NCBI RefSeq assembly: GCF_009914755.1
Contig: NC_060927.1
Direction: 5' to 3' (one strand)
Origin: the human T2T-CHM13v2.0 reference genome, Homo sapiens
Length of the DNA stretch: 64,000 nt
Part shown: in pieces, positions 51,873-64,000 of the stretch
How the letters are laid out: each line of letters opens with the position of its first letter
How positions within the stretch are numbered: the stretch's first letter is position 1
Translations under genes and position numbers: made by a program
Notes under the pieces: model-generated
What the model was told of the DNA's origin: nothing
Databases searched by the model: none
The model's input: the letters and a program-made list of their open reading frames with translations, nothing else

Positions 51873-53480
51873 TCTACCTCTCCCCAACATGAGCTCTCTT
51901 TGAGACGATCTCATCTACTTATACTCTCCTCCAAACAAAATATTCTCAAAATCTCGTTACAAGTCTCTTCAGTCACTGATTCCTTTGCTTTACCTTTGAA
52001 AATAAATATTTGGGAAAAAACACAATGCCTGTTTTTTTTTTTCTTTCCATCTGTCTTTTCCCCACATTGGAGTATGAGTCATTCAGAATGATTCCCTTCC
52101 ACCCTAAGATGCTGCAAATGGTCACCCATTTTATGCCGCCCAACTGTAGGCAACCCTATTCACAATGACCACAATGCAACATGGACATCAGTTTGTTTCC
52201 ACTAACTTTATAACTTATAATCAACAAATGGCAGAGCAAACACTGGACACACATCCAACACTAGGAAATAAACTTGTGCATCATTTTTAAAAGCAGAAAG
52301 TGAGAACAAAATTAATGAAGACAATGTTGACTCTTCACACTTTATCTGCCAAGGTCAGATAACTTTCTTAACTTCAATCTTCAAATGTCCAGTTGCTTTG
52401 TATCAAATGGTGCAATGGCAAGCCTGCTTGATAAGCCAAAACACAGAGGGTTTCATGGTTCAATCTTCCCCTTGATGCAAGAAGAATCTGGCAACTGGGA
52501 GTTTGGCCTTAATTACCTTCTATTGCAATTATTACTGTCATTTCCCTCATCTTTCTAGACTGCTCATTAGCACTGCTGACAACCTCATGCCAACCTCTTT
52601 TGTTTGTTATTGTTGGTCCTGTAAAACAACACAATTTAACTTCTGCTTTCAAATACTCTCGATTATAAAAAAAAAAAAACCCAGAAAATTGTTTTCAAAC
52701 GGTTTCTTAATTTGTGCTGTCTGATATTATATTATCTCCCCTGACTCCCAATTCTTTAATCACTCTTTTCTCTGTTCTTCATATTTTTCTGATTAGTTTA
52801 CTCTTTTCATTCCCCTAATGATCATCCTTTAAGGTTCATATAAAAAAAAACACCCTGTGTTTTCCTCTGTATATGCTGTCTCAGACAATTCATCCAATTA
52901 TTACACTATCTGATCACCTCTATGTGGAAGATGAACTGAATATATGTTTATCCATATATTCCTGGCCCTGTCTCAAGCTTTGTGCCCACATATTCCATGT
53001 TGTACTGAACAAGATTAATTCAATAAAATGCCATCTACTTAGATTAATGTGTCCAAGCAAAACTGTACCCCAGACTGGATTCTTCCTTCTCTGTATCTGT
53101 TAACATATTACTAGTCTTCTTCTCACCAAGAATTGAAACCTTAAAGTTATCTTTTTTATTTCCTTTACTAGTGCCCTTAACCCACAAATTCATCATAATC
53201 AAAGTAACCCAATAATTTGTTCTAAATTACTTATCATACCTGGCAGTTAAAAAAAAAACTCTTATGCCATTAACACAAGGCATGTCCTTACCACCTTACA
53301 TCTAGATTCAGATTAAGATAGGAAAACAATTTGTCAGCTATCTCTTTCCAACATGAGCTCTTTTTAAGAGGATCTTATCTACTTATTCTCATTGGAAAAA
53401 AAAAACCTCAAAATCTGTTTACAACGCTCTCTAGTCACTGATTCCCTTGCCTTACCTTTCTGTAAAATACATATTTGGGA
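51873..53480 (+). repeat. Diverged ~140-bp direct repeat pair (51873-52015 and 53338-53480)
   Basis: Both copies read 'ccaacatgagctct...atctacttat...ctcaaaatct...agtcactgattcc...ttaccttt...aaaata.atatttggga'. Confidence 0.85.
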
Positions 53481-53779
53481 TTTGCCAGTGATTGTGTGTG
53501 CCACTGTTAGCTACTTTCACAAACAGGGGGTGTTTTCCTATATTCTCTCTCTTCCAAGATACCCTCAACCCAACTTTTAGATTAATATTAATAAAATGGT
53601 AATTTAACCACCTCCTCTTTCCTTTGACAAAATCCCTCCAATAGCTCACTCAATCAAGGACACCTGACTATATTTCTCCACTTCTTTTCAACATAAACTC
53701 TACTCCGTCAAAACTACGTCTTTGCTCACTGCTTTGTATATTCTGGTACATTTGTAAACATGGCCATGTATTTTTCCCA

Positions 53780-54240
53780 TTCTCACATGAATGTCACTTT
53801 GCAAGGTGAATCGGTAGCTCCTCTAATCAAATTATGGCATCTGTTTCTCCACTTTGTTCTGCAGCAAGGCTTGGCTCATGGAATATTATCAAACATATCA
53901 AGCAGAGACTTGAAAAGTAGTTTTGCGTTAGGACTTGTCCACTCTTGCTGCACTTGGAACCTTGAGAACACCCTGTTAATGAGCCCAAGCTAGTATACTG
54001 GAGGAGTCTTCTATCTGACTACAGAAACCACTGGACATGTGAATGAGTCCATCCTGCATTACCAGCCACCAGCCAACCACCAGCTGCCCATTATGAATGA
54101 CCGCACATGCATGGGGGACCCTGTAGAAATCAGCAGTAGCAACCTGGACTCGGCCATCCACAAACTCCTGAACTAAATAAATTAGTAGTTTTAAACCAGT
54201 AAGTTTGGGCACGGTTTTTTATGTAGCAAAAGTTAATCAA
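53780..54240 (+). mobile_element. MLT1-family MaLR LTR
   Basis: 'aagcagagacttgaaaag', with 3' end 'gttttaaaccagtaagtttggg...tatgtagcaaaag'. Confidence 0.65.
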
Positions 54241-55541
54241 AACTTTTGATTTAATTGCCCCCTATTTGATGTCTTTTTTTAAATTTTTAATTATTTTGGA
54301 TATATAACAGGTATACATATTTATGGAGTACAGGTGATGTTTTTATACAGGTATACAATGCGTAATGATCAAATCGGGGTCACTGGGGTAACCATTGTCT
54401 CAAGCACTTATCATTTCTTTGTGTTAAGGGCATTCCAGTTCCACAATTTCAGTTATTTTTAAACATACAATAAATTATTTTTAACTATAGTTGCCCTATT
54501 GTGCTACCAAATACTAGATCTTATTCAGTCCATCTAACTGCGTTTTTGTACCCACTATCTCCTCTTTATCATCTCCCTCCACACTACCCTGCTGGCCTCT
54601 GGCAACCATCATCCTATTCTCTACCTTCATAAATTATATTTATTTTTAGCTCCCACATTTGAGTGACAATATGGAATATTTTTCTTTCTGTGCTCAGCTT
54701 ATTTCACTTAATGTCCTCTAATTCCATCCATGTTGTTGCAAATGACAGGATTCTATTCTGATTTTTTGGCTGAATAATATTCCATTGTGTGTATTACCAC
54801 ATTTTTTAATCCATTCATCCATTGATGGACACTTAGATTGCTTTGATATCTTGGCTATTGTGAATAGTGCTGCAATAATTATAGGATTGCAAATATGTCT
54901 TCAATATTATGGTTTTTTTCTTTTGGACACATACCCAGCAGTAGGATTACTGGATCATATCATAGGTCTCTTGTGTTTTTGTTTGTTTGTTTGTTTGTTT
55001 GTTTTTTAGGAACTTCTACACTGTACTCCACAGTGGCTATAACAAATTTGCTTTCTCACCAGTAGTGTACCATACAAGGGTCTCCCTCTCTCCACATCCT
55101 TGCCGGCATTCATTATTGCCTGTCTTTTTGATAGTAGCCATTTTCATTGGGATGAGATGATACTCATTGTAGTTTTGATTTGCATTTATCTGATGATTAG
55201 TGATATTGAGCATTTTTTCACATACCATTGTCATATGTATGTCTTTGTTTGGGAAATGTCTATTCAGATCTTTTTGCCTATTTTCAAACTGGATTATTTG
55301 TTTTTTTACCTATCGAGTTGTTTGAGCTCTTTATATATTCTGGGCATTGATTCCTTGTCAGATGGGTAGTTTACAAACATTTCTCCCATTCTGTGGGTTA
55401 TCTATTCACTTCATTGATTGTTTCCTTTGCTGTGTAGAAGCTTTTTTAGATTGTTGTGATCCCATTTCTCCATTTTGCTTTGGTTGCCCATGCTTTTGAG
55501 GTTTTACTCAAGAAATCTTTGCCCAGACCAATGTCCAGGAT

Positions 55542-55729
55542 GAAAGGTGTCCAACCCTTTTAAAGGGAGGACTTTTTTGCTTATTTGTGGTGGTGAATAT
55601 CATAAAATTATTCACTAACCTTTTTTTTTTAAGCTCATTGGCTTGTCAGTATTAGTGCATTTTATGTGTGGCTGAAGACAATTATTCTTCCAATGTGGCC
55701 CAGGGAAGCCAAAAGGTTGTATACTCATG
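55542..55729 (+). mobile_element. MER30-like hAT MITE inserted into L1 ORF2
   Basis: 'ggtgtccaacc...tcttccaatgtggcccagggaagccaaaagg'. 8-bp TSD tcc(a/t)ggat at 55534-55541 and 55730-55737. Confidence 0.85.
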
Positions 55730-58456
55730 TCCTGGATTGTCTCACTAAAGTTTTCTTCTGGTAGTTTTAAAGTTTCAGGTCTTAGATTTACGTCATTAAT
55801 CCACTTTGATTTGATTTTTGTATGCAGTGAAAGATAGGGGCGTAGTTTCACTCTTCTAGATATGGATAAGTTTTCCCAGCCAATTTACTGAAGAGACTGC
55901 CCTTTCCCCAGTGTATGTTCTTACCATCTTTGTTGAAAATGAATTAAATGTAAATGCATGCATTTATTTCTGTATTTTATATTCTGTCCTATTGGCCTGT
56001 GTGTCTGTTTTTATGCCAGTACCCTGCTGTTTGGATTACTATAGCTCCATAGCATAATTTGAAGTCAGGTAATGTAATTCCTCCAACTTAGTTCTTTTTG
56101 CTCAGGATAGCTTTGAATATTTTGGGTCTTTTGTGGTTCCATATAAATTTTAGGATTTTAAAAAATTTATTTGAGAAATCTCATTGGCAGTTTGATAGGG
56201 ATTGCCTTGAATCTATAGATTGCTTTGGGTAGTATAAGCATTGTAACATTTAACATTTTTAACAGTTCTTTTCAATTTGAGTGTCCTATATTTCTTTTTC
56301 TTGTCTAATTGCTCTGACTAGGACTTCAAGTACTATGTTGAATAAAAGTGGTGAAAGTGGATAGCCTTCTTGTTTCAGACTTTAAAGAAAGGCCTTTAAG
56401 TTTTTCCTCATTCAGTATGATACTAGCTGGGGTTGTATTGTATATGGCTTTTATAGTGTTCTCTCTATTCGCTATTTTTTTTGAGAGGTTTTACCATGAA
56501 AGGATGTTGAATTTTGGATCATGTTTTTTATCCTTCATTCCATTGATATAAAGTATCACACTGATGTATTTGCATATACTAATCACTGTGGGATGAATCC
56601 CACTTGGTCATGATGAATGATATCTTTAATGTGTTGTTGAATGTGGTTTGCTAATATTTTCTTGAAGATTTTTGTATGTATGTTCATCAGGGGTATTGAT
56701 AGTTTTCTTTTGTTTGTCATGTCTTTGTCTGGTTTTCGTATTGAGGCAATCCTGGCTTCATAGGATGGATTTAGAAGTATCTCCTCCTCCTTCATTTTTT
56801 AGAATAGTTTGAGTAGAATTGGTAATAATTCTTCATTAAATGGTTGGTAGAATTCTGCACTGGAGCTATCAGGTCCCGGGCTTTTCTTTGATGGAAAACT
56901 TTCTACTACTGATTCAATCTTGTTACTTGTTATTGGTCTGTTCAAGTTTTGGATTTTTTCATTATTCAAACTTGGTAGGTTGTATGTGTCTAGGAATTTA
57001 TTAATTTCTTCTAGGTTTTCCAATGTATTTGCATTTATTTATTTATGTGTTGACTCATAATAGTCTCTAATAATCCTTTGAATTTCTGTGTTATTAGTTG
57101 TCTCCTTTTTCATCTGTGACTTTATTTATTTGGTTCTTTACTTTTTTTTCTTACTCTGGCTATAGGTTTGTTGATTTTGTTTACCATTTCAAAAAACCAA
57201 CTTTTCATTTTTTTGCCCTTTCACACTTTTTTAAATTTTATTTATTTATGCTCTGATCTTTATTATTTCTCTTCTTCTACTAATTTTGAGTTTGGTTTGC
57301 TCTTGCTTTTATAGCTCTTTATGACACATTGTTTCGTTGTCTATTTAAAGTTTTTCTACTTTTTTATGTATGCATTTACTGCTATAAGCTTCCCTGCTTT
57401 TGTTGTATCCCGTAAGTTTTGGTATGTTGTGTTTCTATTTTCATTTGTTTCCAAAAATAATAAATTTCCTTTTTAATTTTTTCATTGATAAAGTGGTTAT
57501 TCAGGAGCATATTGTTTATTTCCCGTGTGTTTGTATAGTTTCCACAGTTCCTCTTGTTATTGATTTCTAGTTTTATTTAATTGTGGTCAGAAAAGATACT
57601 TGATTTCAATTTTTTAAAAATTGAAATGTATTTTGTATCCTAACATATGATCTTCCCTTAATAATGTTCCCTGAGCTGAAGAGAATGTGTATTCTGCAGC
57701 TGTTGAATGAAAGGGTCTATAAATGGCTATTAAGTCCCTTTGGTTTATAATGCAGATTAAGTCTGATGTTTCTTCATTGCTTTTCTGTCTAAATGATCAG
57801 CCCAGTGCTGTTAGGGGTGTTGGAAGTCCCTAGCTAGTATTGTATCTGGGTCTGTCCCTCTCTTTATCTCTAATAATATTTACGTTATGTATCTGGTTGC
57901 CCCAGCATTGGATCCACACGTATGTACAATTGTTTTATCTTCTTGCTAGATTGACCCTTTTATCATTATATAATGACCTTTTTTGTCTTGTTATCATTTT
58001 TGTCTTGAAATCTATTTTGTCTAATATAATATAGTCACTTTTGCTCTTTATCTTTCATTTGCATGGAATATCTTTTCCACCTCCTTATTTTCAGTCTATG
58101 TATGTCTTTATAGAAAAAGTGAGTTTCTTGTAGGCACTACATCATTAGGTCTTTTTTATGTATTCACCACTGTTTTGATTGAATAATTTAGTCCATTTGT
58201 ATTTAGTGCTATTATTGATAAAGACTTACTATTGCCATTTTGTTATTTGTTTTCTCATTGTTTTGTTGTTCCTCTCCTCCTCTCTTTCTCTGCTTGTCTT
58301 TCTTTGTTTAAAGGTGATTTTCTCTGGGAGCATGGTTTAATTTCTAACTTTTTATTTTTGCGTATGTATTATAGGTTTTTGTTTTGTGGTCACCATGAGG
58401 CTGGCAAATAACATCTTATAACCAATTATTTTAAACTAATGACAGCTCCACTCTGA

Positions 58457-58840
<384 letters not shown>

Positions 58841-61756
58841 AAAAAACACTAGATTTCTACTCCATTCCCCCTGCTTTGTGACTTTTTTGTTGTTTCTACT
58901 TATATCTTTTTATATTGTATTTTTATATTATTTATATATCTTTTATATATCTTAAAAACTTGTGAAGTTATTAATTTTTGATAGTTTTTATACTTCCTAC
59001 AAAATGTATGAATGGTTTATACACTGCATTTATAGTGCTGCAGCATTCTGTATGTTTCTTACTTTCTTTCTTAATAGTGTACTTATTACTACCAGTAAAT
59101 TTTACACCTTCAGATGATTTCTCATGGTTCATTAATGTCTTTTTCTTTCAGATCAAGAATTCCCTTCAGCGTTTCTTGTAATACAGTCTGGTTGACAAAA
59201 TCCCTCGGCTTTTGTTTGTCTGGGAAAGTCTTTATTTCTTCCTCATGCTTGAAACATAATTTTTCTGGATGTAATATGCTAGGTTGGAAGAATTTTTTTC
59301 TTTAGTACTTTTATTATGTTATTCCAGTCTCCCCTGGCCTATAAGGTTTCTGCTGAGAAGTCTGCTGCCAGACCTACTTGAGCTCCTTTACGTGTTGTTG
59401 TTGTTGTTGTTGTTGTTTTCTTGCTGCTTTTAGGATCCTTTATCTTTGAGCTTAGAGAGATTGATTATTATATGCCTTGATAATTTGATTATTATGGTGT
59501 CTTCTTATTTGGGTTGAATCTTTTTGGTGTTCTATAACCTTCTTACACCTTAATATTCATATCTTTCTCTTGGTTTAAAAAGTTCTCTGTTATTATTTCT
59601 TTGATTAAACTTTCTATCCTAATCTCTCTATTTCTGCTTTAGGACCGGTAATTTTTAGATTTTCCCTTTTAAGACTATTTTCTAGATCTCGTAGGTTTGC
59701 TTTATTCTTTTTTACTCTTTTCTCCTCTGACTGTGAATTTTTATATAGCCTGTCTTCAAGCTCACTAATACTTCCTTCTGCTCGTTAATTCTGCTCTTGG
59801 AAAACTCTGGTGTATTTTTTAGTTGGTCAATTCAATTTTTCAGCTCCAGAATTTCTGTTGAATTTTTATTTTAATTCAATCTCTTTGTTAAATTTTCCTG
59901 ATAGAATTCTGAATTCCATCTCTGTGTTATCTTGAAGTTCTTTGAGCTTCCTCAAGATAGCTATTTTGAATTCCCAGTCTGAAAGGTCACATATCTTTAA
60001 CACTCCAGGATTATTCACTGGTGCCTTATTTAGTCCATTTGGTAAGGTCATGTTTTCCTGGATGTTCTTGATGCTTGTGAATGTTGATGAATGTCTAGAT
60101 GTTGAAGAGTTAGGTGTTTATTCCAGTCTTTGCAGTCTGTGCTTATTTGTACCTGTCATTCTTGAGAGGGCTTTCCACATATTCAAACAGGATTGAGTGT
60201 TGTGATCTAAGCTGGTGGTCACTGCAGCCTTATTAGCACTAGGTGAAGGTACCCTAAATCCAGGAATGCTGTGACTCTGGCAGACTTCCTCACTGGACTT
60301 TGGCAAAATAAGGGACAATTCTCTGGGTTATCAAGCAAAGTCTCTAGCTCTCTTGTCTCTCCTTCCCCTAATCATAAGGGGTCTCTCTCCATGCTGGGCT
60401 ACCTGGAGTTGGGGCAGAGGTAACATGAGCAATCCCATGACCACCACAGCTGGCACTATGCTGGGTCAAACCTGAAGCCAGCACAGTACTGGATCTCACC
60501 CAAGGCTCATGGTGACTACTGCCTGGCTACTGCTGATATTTATTCAAGGCCAAGGGCTTTTTATTCAGCAGGTGGTCAATCCCTTCAGGGCAGTAGATTC
60601 CCTTCTGGCCCAGGATGGGTCTAGAAATGCTGTCCAAGTGCCAAGGTCTGGAAACAGGGGTTTCAGAAACTGCTTTGTGCTTTATTTTACAGTGTCAGAG
60701 CTGGTACCCAAGTTGCAAGACAAAGTCTTCTGTACCCTTCCCTCTCCTTTCCTCAAGTGGAAAGATACTCTCCCTAAGCTGCACTGCCTTGATGTAGGCA
60801 CTTTCTTTATTGACACAGCTGGTGTTGCACCGGGTTGTGAACATGCGAAGTCAGTCCACTGCCTCTGAGACCAAGGCAGCAACAGGGCTTGCCCGAAGAC
60901 TGCAGTGCCTGTGGACTGATTACCACTGAACATTTTTTTCTGGGTCCTAGGCCACTGTGTTAGAGCCAGCGTATGGTAGCACCAGCCAGGACTCAGATTA
61001 CTTTTGCTGGTGTTGAGAATTATCTTATGGCCAAGGGCTGGTTTAAATGCTCTCTCCATGGGTGCTGGCAGAATTCTGTCCTGTGTGGCGTTCTGCCATG
61101 ACAGAGCAATGCTGAGTTCCAATGCAAATTTAATATACTCACTTTACTCTCCCTCCCCCAAGCATACAGATTCTCTCTACATGCAGCCCTGCCTGGGGTT
61201 AGGGGAGGTTGGTGTAGGCAATGCAAGACTGTCTTTCCTATCCTCTTCAATCCCTTGTTCCTTGATATTATGTTGAAAGAGGTACTTTGACTGCCTACTT
61301 GATGTTTTGTTCTTATGAAGGTGCTTTCTGGCATGGATAGTTGTTCAATTTGGTATTCCTGTGGGGAGAAGATGGCTGGAGGATTCTATTCAGTCATCTT
61401 GCTTTACTTCCTCTCTCTCTATTCTATTTGATGTCTTTCTTGAAATACTCTGGCTCCACAATATGCATGCTCACTCTCTTTTTCTTTTATGAGTTCTAAT
61501 GACATTCTGACTGTACCAGCAATTTCAAGAGATTCTGCTATTTTCTGAAACAATGACTCCAGTGCCTCTTTCGTAGGAACAACAGTTCTATACCACTTAT
61601 CAAGTACTTAATTGTATACTTTCTTGTTGTTAATGTCTTATAAATCTATTTTCCCCTATAAATAATTAATCTGATTTATCTTCTTAATCTGTTAGTATAT
61701 CTTCAGAATTTATCAGCATTCTATTGGCAAAGTAGGCTTTCAAGAAATATTTATTT

Positions 61757-62055
<299 letters not shown>

Positions 62056-63429
62056 TCAAATATTCGTTGATTAAATGAAAGTTCCTTTTATAATTAAAAA
62101 ATATGAAGCAATTTTAATTCAAAAACCAGGTAGATAATTTATATTGCTGAAAAGATATATATTCAACTAAGTGGTACATTTGAGTTGAGTTCTCTTCTCT
62201 GCCCTCCTCCGGAGCTCATCTCAGAAACCTGACTTTAGAACTCCCTGCCCAGAAAGATACACAAGAACAAAACCCAAAACCGGGGAAAAAGTAAGACCTC
62301 AGCTTGCCCTGAATATATTTTTCTAATCCTTCATAATAAGTAGTAAGATGAAAGTGGCTTATCTTATTTATCTTTCAGCTTTATGTCAAACGTACATTGT
62401 GACATGCAAAGGATACACAATGAAACTGAGATTTTTCTTCTCCAGGACCATTAAGTTAGAAATTTCTGGCTTTTATTTTCTAGAGTGCCTACAGCATTTT
62501 TACTTCAGTGCTGCATTAAAGTAATTGTTGCATTTAATATGGAAAAAAGGCAAAGCTGTCTCACAATGCCCTAACCACAGGTACGTGGGCGAACAGTTGT
62601 CTACAGATTATGGCTTGGAAACAGATTCAAAGGAAAGCTAAGAAAGGGAAAACAACTCGATTTGGAATATGAATCAGCCTTGGAATTGGCATGCTTCAGT
62701 GAGGATGGTGTATTATTTTTTTCCTGTTTCAGAGATGGTGTCCCAAAGCAATTTCTGTTTCCAAGATATAAGGGGTGTTGCATTCCAGTTTGGAGAGATT
62801 TTGAGGGTCTCTGAGAACAGAATTAAAGAAAAACTAGACAGCATAACATATGCATTTTTCGTCAATGTGCTATTAAAGGTAAATGTTTGATATAATAATC
62901 ATCTCCATGTATTTTATCTTCTATTCACTTGACAACTTTTATACCTTAAAATCCTCATCCATGAGAGTCCAGAAATAGGTAATATTAACTGTAGTATCCA
63001 AAGAAAAATGTAATAGTTTTAGTCCTTTTGTGATTACTCATGATGGCTCTATGTATGGCTTGTTTTTCCTTTTTATGTTTAATAGGCTTTATATATTTTT
63101 CAGGGCAAACAAAATGATAATGCAGCTTTCCTTGTTTTGGGGGTTTCTGATTCAATTCAGGCTACACATAATAGTTCTGTGAAATTTCCTTTCTGCTGCA
63201 AAAGCTACAATCCTCTCTGGTAAGTGGTAGAAATAAATTCCCAGTTAAGTAGGCATGGGGTAGGCAAAGAAGAAGAAGCATCAGAGAAGTTGAGGTTGAA
63301 ATAAATTAAAGAAGTCAGGTTCTTTCGTTTTTTTTTTTAGTTTTAAGCCTGAAGACACTGTTTTTCTCATTCAATACCACACTCCATTCTTTTGTGGATC
63401 AAGACATGACTGTGCTAAAAATGCAAAGC

Positions 63430-64000
63430 AATGAGATGTTGCTTCAATGGTAAATAGACAATAAAATTGTGGTATATTCACACAACAGAATACTACTTAG
63501 TGATAAAAGAGAAATGAGTGATCAAGCTATGTGAAGACATGGATGAATCTTAAATGCATATTGCTAAGTGAAAGACATCTGTCTGAAAGTCTACATATCG
63601 TATAATTCCAGTTAAGTGACATTATGGAAAAGGCAAGCTATAAAGACTTTAAAATGATTAGTGGCTGCTAGGGATTCGGGGGATGTGAGTAGGTAAAGTA
63701 TGAATGATTTTAGGATAGTGAAACTATTCTGTATGATACTGTAATCGTGGATACATGATATTATAAATTTCTTAAAATTCATAGAACTTTACAGCACAAA
63801 AAGTGAAACTTAATGTGTGCAAATTTTTAAAAAATTACTTATAAGACTGAGAATACCAGGAAGGAACATAGAAAATGAAAAAAAAATCTAACTTTGTTAC
63901 TGCCTCCCTGTATGAAATTACATCATTGAAGAGGGTGGGGAGGAAACATAATGATCTAGGTAACTTTGGAAGTTGATAAAGCTGCTTCCCAGGAGGGGAC
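63430..64000 (+). mobile_element. Old L1MC/ME-like 3' fragment
   Basis: 'aattgtggtatattcacacaacagaatactac', 'catggatgaatcttaaatgcatattgctaagtgaaag', 'gtgaaactattctgtatgatactgtaa'. Confidence 0.8.

Overview
This is AT-rich, CpG-depleted primate (human-like) genomic DNA, intergenic or deep-intronic, with no recognisable host protein-coding gene. Much of it is transposon-derived. The main elements are: (1) a HERV-L provirus with two MLT2A LTRs, a 5-bp TSD, a tRNA-Leu PBS and decayed gag/pro/pol/dUTPase (4042-10397); (2) a tailless 7SL retropseudogene inside a MIR; (3) a nested LTR12-in-MER52-in-L1M stack; (4) solo LTRs resembling MER34/39, MLT1A/MST, MER21 and LTR9; (5) a TSD-bounded, end-to-end old L1MA (54277-61423) carrying MER30 and Alu insertions; (6) a Tigger4a MITE, five near-full-length Alus, and MIR/L2 relics. 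I found no convincing new biological system. The best leads are a 75-bp fold-back palindrome sitting at a gag/pro deletion in the provirus, a non-repetitive RE1(REST)+YY1+NFI motif cluster overlapping an exon-like 75-nt segment near 11.9 kb, a DUX4 motif present only in the 3' LTR, a head-to-head Alu pair 37 bp apart, and a diverged ~140-bp duplication. Repeat subfamily names come from recalled consensus sequences and need Dfam/RepeatMasker confirmation.
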